Source: Verrucomicrobiota bacterium
GTDB lineage: Bacteria > Verrucomicrobiota > Verrucomicrobiia > Limisphaerales > UBA9464
Reading direction: 5' to 3'
NCBI GenBank assembly: GCA_947454705.1
Contig: CANGKZ010000019.1
Span: forward strand, 13,992 to 77,991
Length of the DNA: 64,000 nucleotides
Below the pieces are notes generated by a model, which had not been told where the DNA came from, did not search any database, and saw only the letters and a program-made list of their open reading frames with translations. This document shows positions 44,242 through 53,688 of the stretch, piece after piece. The position numbers were made by a program, and so were the translations under genes. Position 1 is the stretch's first letter, and every line of letters begins with the position of its first letter.

Positions 44242-47200
44242 ATGAAACGCCTTCTCATCCCGCTTCTGTATTTTGTGCTCGCCCTCTGTGTTCGAGCCGA
44301 CGGCGGATTCAGTGCCAAAAACAACTTCGGCGTTTCCGACAAGCGGGTGATTTTGGATGTCGACGGAGTGACGCCGCTGAGCAAGGGCTTTGGCCGGATG
44401 GAGATTGTCGCCGCAGGCAAGATCATCACTTCGGTGACCGACGGCACGGGATCACAGATGTATGCCGACGGCATGTTCGCCCTGGGCATCGTCAACGTTC
44501 CGGGCACCACGGCGGGATCTTCGGCGACCATCGTGGTTCGAGCGTGGGACAATCGATTTGGAGCCACCTATGCGGACGCAGTCGCGAGTGGTGGGCACTT
44601 CGGTGAATACCAACTCGTAGTGACCGGACTTGGGGAAGGGATTAGCCCGCCGTCGGCCGACGCCTTTGCCGCATTCCAAAGTTTTGCCCTCAATACGGCC
44701 AATGGCAAACCGCTGGGATCAGTGACGCCTTCGGTGACCGGTCAGGGGCAGGTGCAGATCTCGCCGAACAAGGTGCTGTATCACCCGTCGGAAGTGGTTT
44801 CGATCACTGCGGCCGCATCGCCTGGATGGGCCTTCGCCGGATGGTCCGGCGGGGTGGTTTCGGGAAACCCGGTGTTGACCCTCTCGGTCCCCGCGCCTCT
44901 GAGCCTGACCGCAAATTTCAAACCGTTGCGGCAATTGACCCTTCTGCAGGAAGGCCAGGGAACGGTTTCTCCCACTCCGGCGGGTCCGTACGGCGATGGG
45001 GCCACGGTCCAGGTGACTGCCACGCCTGCCGCCGGTTGGAGCTTTGCCGGATGGCAGGGCGATGCCACCGGTGCGGCCAATCCGCTGAGCGTCGTGCTCA
45101 CCGCGGATGCCACGATCAAGGCGGTGTTCCAGCAGCAGTTCTCGCTGCAGACCGGCATCAGTGGTCAGGGACAGATCCTGCTCAATCCGGCCGGGGCATT
45201 GTTCAACTCTGGTACCGTGGTTTCCGCGACTCCGGTGGCCTCGCTGGGCTGGCGGTTTGTGGGCTGGGGCGGGGCCGCTATTGGAACCGGCGTGCCGACG
45301 CCGATTACGATGGATGGCAACAAGGTGCTCACGGCGACGTTCAAGCCGGAGTGGCCGGTCACGCTTTCTGTGAACGGAACGGGAACTGCCGGAGCCGTTC
45401 CCGCTCCGGGCCCGTACCTCGATGGCACGGCGATCGCGATCACTGCGACGCCTGCGGTGGATGCGGTTTTCACCGGATGGTCCGGTTCCATTACATCGAC
45501 CGACAATCCGCTGAACGTGGTGGTCACCAGCGCGCTTCAACTCACCGCGAATTTCAGTCCCACGTTCCCGGTGGGTGTGTCCGCCACCGGTTCGGGAACC
45601 GTGGCGCTTCAGCCGCAGAAAGCGCGTTATGCGCTGAACGAAAATGTCACTGCGGTGGCCACGCCGGCTGCGGGCTGGGCGTTCACCGGATGGTCGGGGG
45701 ATCTGACCTCGAGCAGCGCATCGTTCGCCTTTGCGGTCACACGTCCATTGTCGCTGGTCGCCACTTTCAAACCGGCTCGGACTCTCACCTTGCAGCAGGA
45801 CGGTCAGGGCACGCTCAGCGGCGTCCCCGCGGGGCCGTATGTGGACGGGGCGACTGTGTCGGTGACCGCGACGGCTGCCGAAGGTTGGAGTTTTGTCGGG
45901 TGGCAGGGCGGGGCCTCAGGCAGCGCGAATCCGCTCGCGGTCACGCTCACGGCCGACACTACGATTCAGGCGGTCTTCAAACCCGTTTGGCCGCTCACCG
46001 CACGTACCTCGGGCAATGGCTCCGTGGGAGTCGCTCCGCAGTCGGCCAAGTACCTCGATGGTTCGCAGGTGACGCTGACCGCCACACCCGGTGTCAACGC
46101 GGTGTTTGCTGGCTGGTCAGGTTCGGTGACCTCCACGGCCAATCCGCTCGTCGTGACGCTGAACTCCGCAGTGGATGTCACCGCGCTGTTTCTGCCGACC
46201 TACAAGCTGACCTCGACCATCACCGGTCAGGGAACCGTTGCCATCGTTCCGTCCCAGGATCGGTACGTGACGAACGACGTGGTCACCCTCACCGCCACGC
46301 CGGCGGAGGGCTGGGACTTCACCGGGTGGTCCGGTGCAGCTGCTGGATCGTCGCCGACGGTCAGCGTCCGGATGACCAATGATCTCACCGTCTCCGCGCT
46401 GTTCACGGTGCAGCCGCCGCCGGTGGATCTCAGCGGAACCGCGGTGGACGGATATCTTTCCGGGGCGTCGGTGTTTTTCGATGCCAACCGCAATGGACGT
46501 CTCGACCCCGGCGAACCCTCCACCACCACGGATCGCGCTGGGAAATTCACCCTCACGGTCGATGTGAAAAAGTTCGATCTGAACCGCGACGGTAAATTGA
46601 CGCCTGAGGAGGGGCGGATCGTGGTGGACGGCGGACTCGACCTGTCCACCGGGGTGACCCGGACCGGCCAGCTCACGGCGCCGATCGGGGCTTCGGTGGT
46701 GACGCCGCTGACGACGCTTGTGGATGCGGTGTCCGGGGCGAATCCCTCGTTCGGTGTGGACGAATCCGAGCGACGCGTGAAGCAGGCGCTGGGAGTGCCG
46801 GCGGATGTGTCGGTAACCAATTTTGATCCAATCCGGGCGGCTGCCGACGGCGACTCCCGCGCGGCCAGTGTTCATGCGGCCAACGCCACGTTGTCCGACA
46901 CGGTGTCGCAGCTTGGCGCCGTGCTGGATCGCGGCTCGTCGGCCGACTCCCGTCAGGCCACCGATGCGGTCGGTGCCGCGCTGGCGAAGCAGGCGGCGTC
47001 GGGCGAGCCGTTGAATCTCGACCAAGGCAAAGGCGTGGCGGGTCTGTTCGATGCCGCGGCCAAGAGCCTTGGTGCGAGCTTTTCCTCCTCCACGGCGAGC
47101 GTGGTAAGTGAAGTCATCGCGGCGCAAAACGCGGCGAAATCGGACGCGGCGGAAGGCGCCACCGATCCGGTCGCCGCCATTCAACAGATCGGCAAGGTGC

Positions 47201-48279
47201 AGGCGGTGTCCCAGGGCGCTGCGACCACCGCGCTTGGCTCCCTCGCAGGCGGTGATGCAGGGGCCGATGAGGTTCGACTCAGCTTTACGGGAGTGGCGTT
47301 GACCGCCGCCGTGGAGGCTGCGCCGGTGGGTGACCTGTTCGCCACCAATCGCGTGATCGGCACCTTCAGCCTGCTCGATGTGAATGCCCTGGCCACCGAG
47401 GACGGACGCGTGGTTCAACCGCTGACCGTGGTGCGTCGCGACGGTTCTGCCGGTGCGGTGCGCGTGGAGGTCAAGGTGGAAGGAGGTGCGACGGTGCGGA
47501 CGAACCGTGTGTTCCTCGACTTTGCCGACGGGGAGCTGTTCCGCAGCGTGGATCTTCGGGACCTGATTCTCGACAACGCCACGCCGGATCCCGAACGCAA
47601 AATTCCGGTGACGCTTTCCTTGGCCACCGGTGCGCCGAGCTCGGCCAAGGTGGCGCAGCCGCTGACCGGCGTGCTGACCGTGGTGGACAACGACGCTCCG
47701 GGAACGGTTGGATTCGCGGCCGGGGAATTCTCCGTAAGCGAAGATGGAACTCCATTGCAGCCGGTGGTTCTGGAGCGCCAGGGCGGCAGCGCGGGAACAA
47801 TTCTGCTCGAAGTGACGCCCTCGGTTCCGGGCGGCGGCGGTTCTACGGCTGGAGCGGATTTTACGACCGGTCCGATTGCGGTGAGTTTTGGTCCAGGCGA
47901 ATTGCGTCGCACGATCCGCGTCCCGGTGGTGGATGATTCGATCGTGGAATCGGCCGAGAAACTCCAACTCTCGATTCGCCTCGCGGCTGGGTCTGCCCCG
48001 GGTTCGGCGGTGGACAGCGCGAAATCGACGGCCTTGGTTTCGATTATCGACAACGACGGTGCGGCCGTGCTCCAGCTGGTGCGGAGTGAAGCAGGGGCCC
48101 TGAAATATTTTGCCCGCGGACCGGTGCGTGGGCGTCATGTGTTGCAGAGCTCCAGCAACCTGAAGGACTGGGTGCCGTTCGGGGCGGAGATCGAGACCCA
48201 AGGGGCGGAAACCCCGATTTTGTTTGGGATTCCGGCGGGAGCCTCGGGTCAGTTCATCCGCGCCGTCGCTGCGCCTTGA
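44242..48279 (+). CDS. Giant secreted protein: 8 InlB B-repeat-like units, central DGYLxGAxVFxDxNxNG region, Calx-beta domains
   Basis: Signal peptide MKRLLIPLLYFVLALCVRADG. Eight ~70-aa units, each with GW.F.GW.G...NP...L.A.F. C-terminal GFAAGEFSVSEDG...ERQGGSAG...VPVVDDSIVESAEKLQLSI is Calx-beta like. Confidence 0.85.
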   Translation: MKRLLIPLLYFVLALCVRADGGFSAKNNFGVSDKRVILDVDGVTPLSKGFGRMEIVAAGKIITSVTDGTGSQMYADGMFALGIVNVPGTTAGSSATIVVRAWDNRFGATYADAVASGGHFGEYQLVVTGLGEGISPPSADAFAAFQSFALNTANGKPLGSVTPSVTGQGQVQISPNKVLYHPSEVVSITAAASPGWAFAGWSGGVVSGNPVLTLSVPAPLSLTANFKPLRQLTLLQEGQGTVSPTPAGPYGDGATVQVTATPAAGWSFAGWQGDATGAANPLSVVLTADATIKAVFQQQFSLQTGISGQGQILLNPAGALFNSGTVVSATPVASLGWRFVGWGGAAIGTGVPTPITMDGNKVLTATFKPEWPVTLSVNGTGTAGAVPAPGPYLDGTAIAITATPAVDAVFTGWSGSITSTDNPLNVVVTSALQLTANFSPTFPVGVSATGSGTVALQPQKARYALNENVTAVATPAAGWAFTGWSGDLTSSSASFAFAVTRPLSLVATFKPARTLTLQQDGQGTLSGVPAGPYVDGATVSVTATAAEGWSFVGWQGGASGSANPLAVTLTADTTIQAVFKPVWPLTARTSGNGSVGVAPQSAKYLDGSQVTLTATPGVNAVFAGWSGSVTSTANPLVVTLNSAVDVTALFLPTYKLTSTITGQGTVAIVPSQDRYVTNDVVTLTATPAEGWDFTGWSGAAAGSSPTVSVRMTNDLTVSALFTVQPPPVDLSGTAVDGYLSGASVFFDANRNGRLDPGEPSTTTDRAGKFTLTVDVKKFDLNRDGKLTPEEGRIVVDGGLDLSTGVTRTGQLTAPIGASVVTPLTTLVDAVSGANPSFGVDESERRVKQALGVPADVSVTNFDPIRAAADGDSRAASVHAANATLSDTVSQLGAVLDRGSSADSRQATDAVGAALAKQAASGEPLNLDQGKGVAGLFDAAAKSLGASFSSSTASVVSEVIAAQNAAKSDAAEGATDPVAAIQQIGKVQAVSQGAATTALGSLAGGDAGADEVRLSFTGVALTAAVEAAPVGDLFATNRVIGTFSLLDVNALATEDGRVVQPLTVVRRDGSAGAVRVEVKVEGGATVRTNRVFLDFADGELFRSVDLRDLILDNATPDPERKIPVTLSLATGAPSSAKVAQPLTGVLTVVDNDAPGTVGFAAGEFSVSEDGTPLQPVVLERQGGSAGTILLEVTPSVPGGGGSTAGADFTTGPIAVSFGPGELRRTIRVPVVDDSIVESAEKLQLSIRLAAGSAPGSAVDSAKSTALVSIIDNDGAAVLQLVRSEAGALKYFARGPVRGRHVLQSSSNLKDWVPFGAEIETQGAETPILFGIPAGASGQFIRAVAAP

Positions 48280-48502
48280 GGTGCGGGACGGGGCGAAGGT
48301 GCGGAATCGGATGCGATTGGGGATGTTTGCAAGTGAACACAGAAACACTTGTGCGATGGCTCCCCGCTGGACACACTGTTCCCCGCGTCGCACGAAACCG
48401 GGTTTTGCCTGACTTGTTGGGCGGGACGTTAGACGAGCCGGTCTGGGCAGGGTTCTGAGTGAAATAGAGCAGAATTCTGTGGGTTTCGAAGTGAGCGCCG
48501 AT

Positions 48503-48595
48503 GGAGAGGTGGCCGAGTGGCTGAAGGCGCTGGTTTGCTAAACCGGTTTACGGTCAAAAGCCGTAACGGGGGTTCGAATCCCCCCCTCTCCGCCA
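48503..48595 (+). tRNA. tRNA-Ser (anticodon GCU)
   Basis: Acceptor stem GGAGAGG/CCTCTCC, anticodon loop ttGCTaa, long variable arm (tttacggtcaaaagccgtaac), T-arm GGGGG-TTCGAAT-CCCCC, encoded CCA. Confidence 0.93.
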
Positions 48596-48598
48596 AAT

Positions 48599-48637
48599 AT
48601 CCCAACCCGCTGATTACCAGCGGGTTGTTTTGTTTTT
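48599..48637 (+). terminator. Terminator hairpin after tRNA-Ser; left copy of a ~40-bp direct repeat
   Basis: atcccAACCCGCTGattacCAGCGGGTTgttttgttttt. Same stem and flanks as 58878-58917. Confidence 0.75.
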
Positions 48638-49322
48638 GGGGTGTCATGGGGTTCGAAATTCGGAATCATATTCGGAATAGAATCGCCCATGTCGCCGAGT
48701 CCCATGGGCCCTCTGTCTGGCGTTCCCTTCCGGATCAACCGATTGCCGCAGTCCTCTCGGAGCCGCCCGGCACCCGGTCTTCGCACTGGGCGCGGGAGAG
48801 GATCCTCCCCCCTGTTTTAAGTGGAGGTATTTCACTGCTGCCCGGTCGGCTTCGACTCCGGGGGTGGGTTTCTCTTCTCCGGGCCCAGCTCGACATCGTC
48901 CGTCCGTCCACCCGCCCCCTTGGATCTCGTCGCGCCCGGACGCTCCCTCATTGGAAAAGGGGCCGGCACCGAGTCGTCACGAAGCTCGCCCTTGGCGTTC
49001 AGCCGGAGACTTACCAAGCCTCGGAAAGATTGGATTCCTTCCAGCAGTGCCAAAGCACGACGGATACTTCACTGGACGACCTCACATCGACTTGTCCGGG
49101 AATTGGATCGACCCGATTGCCAGCTTGTCGCAGCCGGGTGCGTCTCCTACCGTTCTGCGCGATTCAAGCATCCTTTGCTGTGGCCTTTCCCATTGCGGAT
49201 TCAGTGGTTGGGAAACCGACTCGCGGAGGCTTGGTTTCGCCCGGGAATTCGTTTTTCCGTTTTCGAGGATGCCGACCTGATTCAACACCGCCGTCCGCAC
49301 TGATCTTACTCTTTCCAGCCGA

Positions 49323-51803
49323 ATGCCTCTCAAGAAATCCGAACTCTACTCCTCGCTCTGGGCGGGGTGCGACGAACTGCGCGGCGGCATGGATGCCAGC
49401 CAGTACAAGGACTACGTGCTCGTGCTCCTGTTCGTGCGCTACGTCAGCGACAAGTACGCGGGCAAGCCCTACGCCCCCATTGTCATTCCTCCCGGGGCCA
49501 GCTTTGCAGACTTGGTTGCACTCAAGGGTACCAAGGAGATCGGCGACAGCATCAACAAGAAGATCCTCGGACCGCTGGCGCAGGCCAACCAGCTGTCCGA
49601 CATGCCGGATTTCAACGACCCGAACAAGCTGGGCAGCGGCAAGGAAATGGTGGACCGCCTCACCAGCCTGATCGCCATCTTCGAGGATCCCGCCCTCGAT
49701 TTCTCAAAGAACCGTGCCGAAGACGACGACCTTCTTGGCGACGCCTACGAGTACCTGATGCGGCACTTCGCGACGGAGAGCGGCAAGAGCAAGGGGCAGT
49801 TCTACACCCCCGCCGAGGTCAGTCGCATCATCGCCCAGATCCTGGGAATCCGACACGCCCAGACCAGCAACGACACCACGGTGTACGATCCCACCTGCGG
49901 CTCCGGCTCGCTGCTGCTGAAGATCGGCGACGAGGCCGGCAAGGGGCAGGACGTGAAGGTCACCCTCTACGGACAAGAAAAAGACAACGCCACCGCCGGT
50001 CTGGCCCGGATGAACATGATCCTGCACGACTACGCCACGGCGGAAATCAAGCAGGGTAACACCCTCGCCAATCCCCTCTTCACCGAGGGCGAGGCGCTCA
50101 AGACTTTTGACTACGTCGTCGCCAATCCGCCGTTCAGCGACAAGCGGTGGAGCACCGGCCTCACGCCCGATGCCGACCCCTTCGGTCGATTCCAGGGCTA
50201 CGGCGTCCCACCCGCCAAGCAGGGGGACTACGCCTACCTCCTGCACATCCTTCGCTCCATCAAGAGCACGGGAAAAGGCGCCTGCATTCTGCCGCACGGC
50301 GTGTTGTTCCGGGGCAATGCCGAGGCCGTGATCCGCAAGAACCTCGTCCAGCGCGGCGTTCTCAAGGCCATCATCGGGCTCCCCGCCAATCTGTTCTACG
50401 GAACCGGCATCCCCGCCTGCATCCTCGTGCTCGACAAGGAGAACGCCGCCGCCCGCAAGGGGATCTTCATGATCGATGCCTCCAAGGGGTTCAAAAAGGA
50501 CGGCCCGAAGAACCGCCTTCGCGAGCAGGACCTCCACAAGATCGTGGACACGTTCACCCGGCAGGATGAGAGCAATCCGCGCTACGCCCGCATGGTGCCC
50601 GTCGCGGAGATCGCCGACCCGAAGAACGACTACAATCTCAACCTCCCGCGCTACATCGACAGCACCGAGCCGGAGGATCTGCAGGACATCGAGGGCCACC
50701 TCCGCGGCGGCATTCCCGAACGCGATCTCGATGCCCTCGGCCGCTACTGGCAGATCATGCCCGGGGTGCGTGCCGCCTTGTTTGAATCCCTCCGTCCCGG
50801 GTATGCGGCCCTTCGCATTCCGCAGTCTGAAATCAAGACCGCGATCTTTGCCCACCCCGAATTCACCGCCTTCACCAGCGAGGCGCGAAAGCGGTTCAAC
50901 CTTTGGCAGAAGGCCGTGGATCCCAAGCTCCGCGGAGTCACCCAGGGCAGCCATCCCAAGCACCTGATTGAGACCCTGGCGGACGATCTGCTCGCGACCT
51001 TCAAGACTGCGCCGCTGCTGGATGCCTACGATGTCTATCAGCACCTCATGGATTACTGGGCGGAGACGCTGCAGGATGATGGCTACCTGATTGCCGAGGC
51101 CGGATGGACTGCGGCCGCGAAGCCTCGCGAGATCCTCCAGGTCAAAAACAAGGACGGCAAATTCGTCTGGACCGAGAAGGAAGATTTCAAGCAGGGCAAG
51201 CGCCGGTTCAAGTCCGACCTGGTGCCCGTCGCCCTGCTCATCGCGCGGTACTTCACCGCGGAGCGCGATGCCATTGCCGCCCTCGAAGCCGAACTCGCCG
51301 GCATCGAGCAACAACTCGACGAAACCCGGGAAGAGCAAAGCGGAGAGGACGGCCTGCTCACCGAAGTGATCGAAGGGGAGGGCGACAAGCAGAAGATCAC
51401 CGCCAAGGGCATCAAGGCCCGTCTGAAGGACATCGGACGCGACCCCGACTACGCAGAGGAACGCCAGGCCCTCGAAGCCTACGCCGCGCGTATTGACCAG
51501 CAGGCCGAGATCAAGGCCCGGCTCAAGACCGCGCAGGACGAGCTCGAAGCCAAGGTTGGCGCGAAATACCTCACGCTCACCGAGTCGGACATCCAGACCC
51601 TCGTGGTGGATGACAAATGGTTGGCCACCCTCGCCACCGCCGTGCAAGGCGAGCTGGACCGCGTCTCCCAAACCCTCACCGGCCGAATCCGCCAGCTCGC
51701 CGAACGCTACACCACCCCGCTTCCCAAGCTTACCGACGAACTGGCGACGCTCGCCGCCCGTGTGGAGGAACACCTCAAGAAGATGGGGGCGGTATGGATG
51801 TGA
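49323..51803 (+). CDS. hsdM: Type I restriction-modification methyltransferase subunit M (long form)
   Basis: N-terminal YSSLWAGCDELRGGMDASQYKDYVLVLLF, SAM motif YDPTCGSGSLL, catalytic VVANPPFS. Extra coiled-coil C-terminal region. Confidence 0.92.
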   Translation: MPLKKSELYSSLWAGCDELRGGMDASQYKDYVLVLLFVRYVSDKYAGKPYAPIVIPPGASFADLVALKGTKEIGDSINKKILGPLAQANQLSDMPDFNDPNKLGSGKEMVDRLTSLIAIFEDPALDFSKNRAEDDDLLGDAYEYLMRHFATESGKSKGQFYTPAEVSRIIAQILGIRHAQTSNDTTVYDPTCGSGSLLLKIGDEAGKGQDVKVTLYGQEKDNATAGLARMNMILHDYATAEIKQGNTLANPLFTEGEALKTFDYVVANPPFSDKRWSTGLTPDADPFGRFQGYGVPPAKQGDYAYLLHILRSIKSTGKGACILPHGVLFRGNAEAVIRKNLVQRGVLKAIIGLPANLFYGTGIPACILVLDKENAAARKGIFMIDASKGFKKDGPKNRLREQDLHKIVDTFTRQDESNPRYARMVPVAEIADPKNDYNLNLPRYIDSTEPEDLQDIEGHLRGGIPERDLDALGRYWQIMPGVRAALFESLRPGYAALRIPQSEIKTAIFAHPEFTAFTSEARKRFNLWQKAVDPKLRGVTQGSHPKHLIETLADDLLATFKTAPLLDAYDVYQHLMDYWAETLQDDGYLIAEAGWTAAAKPREILQVKNKDGKFVWTEKEDFKQGKRRFKSDLVPVALLIARYFTAERDAIAALEAELAGIEQQLDETREEQSGEDGLLTEVIEGEGDKQKITAKGIKARLKDIGRDPDYAEERQALEAYAARIDQQAEIKARLKTAQDELEAKVGAKYLTLTESDIQTLVVDDKWLATLATAVQGELDRVSQTLTGRIRQLAERYTTPLPKLTDELATLAARVEEHLKKMGAVWM

Positions 51804-52990
51804 AACCTGGGTACAAGCAGACCGAGATTGGTGTAATCCCAGAGGAGTGGGATGTTAGACCTTTGGGCTCACTCCTCAGCAAAGGGCGACTCGGGGGAAA
51901 TTACGCGAACCAAGACGCAGAAGCCGAACTGCCCTTGATGAAGATGGGAAACATTGCCCGTGGGTACTTCGATATATCAAAGGTCCAGTTTTTCACGCCG
52001 GGCGTGCGGCCTGAACCTGTGCACCAGCTTCGCCATGGCGATGTGTTGCTCAACACGCGTAACACACTCGATCTGGTTGGGAAGGTTGCTATATGGCGTG
52101 ATGAGCTTCCTGTCGCCTACTACAACTCAAACCTTATGAGGCTAGAGTTTATTCCCGAGCGGGTTTGCTCCTCCGCGTACCTAAACTACTCACTGAACAC
52201 GGAGGGTGCCGTTTCTCGCCTTCGAGCGCTGGCTACAGGAACAACAAGTGTAGCTGCAATCTACACCCGGGACTTGATGAAGTTGCAGGTTCTCGTTCCA
52301 CCGCTTCCCGAACAACGCGCCATCGCGACGGCGTTGAGCGATGTGGATGGGCTGCTGGGCGGGCTGGACCGGCTCATCGCCAAGAAGCGCGACCTCAAAC
52401 AGGCCGCCATGCAGCAACTCCTCACTGGCCAAACCCGCCTCCCCGGCTTCCACGGCGATTGGGAGGAAACGACTTTCGGAAGCGTCGTTCGGCATCATGC
52501 GGGGAACTCATGTCTGATTAAGGGAAAGCTTCCGTCCTCCGAGGCGACAGGCAGATTCCCGGCTTACAGCGCTTCAGGTCAGGACGTGTGGTGTGACCAC
52601 TTTGAGTACGAAGGCGACGCGATCATAGTTTCCGCCGTCGGTTCACGTTGTGGAAAAGCATTCAATGCTTCCGGTAAGTGGTGTGCGATTGCCAACACGC
52701 ACGTTGTTTGGCCGAACTCTAAGAAGATCGACACCCGGTTTCTGGCGTATTTCATCAACGATGAAGATTTTTGGCAGAAGAGCGGAACTGGTCAGCCATT
52801 CGTGCTCTTCACTAAGACATTTGCTCGGCCGCTCCGCTTGCCCAAGCCCCCCGAACAAACCGCGATCGCCGAGGTGCTGACGGAGATGGACGCGGAGCTG
52901 GCAGCGTTGGAACAGCGTCGGGAGAAAACCCGCGCCCTCAAGCAGGCCATGATGCAGGAACTCCTTACCGGCCGGACGCGACTCGTATGA
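51794..52990 (+). CDS. hsdS: Type I restriction-modification specificity subunit S
   Basis: 398 aa from the ATG at 51794 (10-nt overlap with hsdM). Two target-recognition domains separated by conserved helices LPEQRAIATALSDVD...LKQAAMQQLLTGQTRLPGF and PPEQTAIAEVLTEMD...LKQAMMQELLTGRTRLV. Confidence 0.9.
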   Translation: MDVKPGYKQTEIGVIPEEWDVRPLGSLLSKGRLGGNYANQDAEAELPLMKMGNIARGYFDISKVQFFTPGVRPEPVHQLRHGDVLLNTRNTLDLVGKVAIWRDELPVAYYNSNLMRLEFIPERVCSSAYLNYSLNTEGAVSRLRALATGTTSVAAIYTRDLMKLQVLVPPLPEQRAIATALSDVDGLLGGLDRLIAKKRDLKQAAMQQLLTGQTRLPGFHGDWEETTFGSVVRHHAGNSCLIKGKLPSSEATGRFPAYSASGQDVWCDHFEYEGDAIIVSAVGSRCGKAFNASGKWCAIANTHVVWPNSKKIDTRFLAYFINDEDFWQKSGTGQPFVLFTKTFARPLRLPKPPEQTAIAEVLTEMDAELAALEQRREKTRALKQAMMQELLTGRTRLV

Positions 52991-53688
52991 AGGAAGGCCA
53001 GCACACGGAATGGAAGGAGACTTGGCGGGACGAGTTCCTGAGGTGGATCTGCGGCTTTGCCAATGCGGCGGGCGGTTCTTTGCACATCGGTCGAAATGAC
53101 CGAGGTACCGTCGTCGGCGTGCCGAACGCGGGGCGGCTTCTGGAGGAGATCCCCAACAAAGTCCGGGACCTCCTTGGGATCCTCGTGGCGGTGAATCGAC
53201 AGGAGGAGGACGGCAGAGAGTGGTTGGAAATCGTTGGGGAGCCTCATCCGTATCCGGTGAGCTACAAGGGCAAGCACCCGTCGCAGCCCTTCAATCCGAA
53301 TGTGGCGAACGTGTTCTTCCGGGCAGGCATGATCGAGGCATGGGGGCGCGGCATTGAACGCATTCTGGAGGCCTGTCGCGCGGCTCAAGCCCCGGCGCCT
53401 CGGATCCGCTATGAGCCCTCGGGGCTCTGGGTAGAGTTTCCGTTCCCGATGGTCGAGATTTCCGGAGTGGGTGAAAAGTTGGGTGAAAAGTTGGGTGGAA
53501 ACCGGGCAGCCATCCTCCGGGCAATTGCAGCGAATCCCAAGGTGACGGTGGTGCGTCTGGCCGATCAGCTCGGCCTCAGCACCACGGCGGTGGAGAACAA
53601 CCTGCGGTATCTCAAGGCGCAAAAACTGATCCTTCGAATTGGTCCGGCGAAGGGTGGATTCTGGCAGGTGAACGAGACGAAACCATGA
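52987..53688 (+). CDS. AlbA_2 (Schlafen-like) / winged-HTH protein, apparently internally deleted form
   Basis: 233 aa. ATGA overlap with the hsdS stop. N-terminal EWKETW...ICGFANAAGGSLHIG (AlbA_2). KHPSQPFNPNVANVFFRAGMIEAWGRGIERI block. C-terminal HTH (RAAILRAIAANPKVTVVRLADQLGLSTTAVENNLRYLK). Confidence 0.75.
   Translation: MKEGQHTEWKETWRDEFLRWICGFANAAGGSLHIGRNDRGTVVGVPNAGRLLEEIPNKVRDLLGILVAVNRQEEDGREWLEIVGEPHPYPVSYKGKHPSQPFNPNVANVFFRAGMIEAWGRGIERILEACRAAQAPAPRIRYEPSGLWVEFPFPMVEISGVGEKLGEKLGGNRAAILRAIAANPKVTVVRLADQLGLSTTAVENNLRYLKAQKLILRIGPAKGGFWQVNETKP

Noticed and set aside
48900-49100. Degenerate tyrosine-integrase remnant next to the tRNA (fragments RTLPHWKRGRHRVVTKL and TSLDDLTSTC).
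   Set aside because: The resemblance is limited to a few residues. The two fragments are only ~40 aa apart, against ~100 in real integrases, and the similarity depends on choosing different frames. It is kept only as something to test by blastx.
48517-49671. 384-aa plus-strand ORF spanning the tRNA-Ser gene and the 5' part of hsdM.
   Set aside because: It runs through a tRNA and a terminator and continues out of frame in hsdM. Its composition is non-protein-like.
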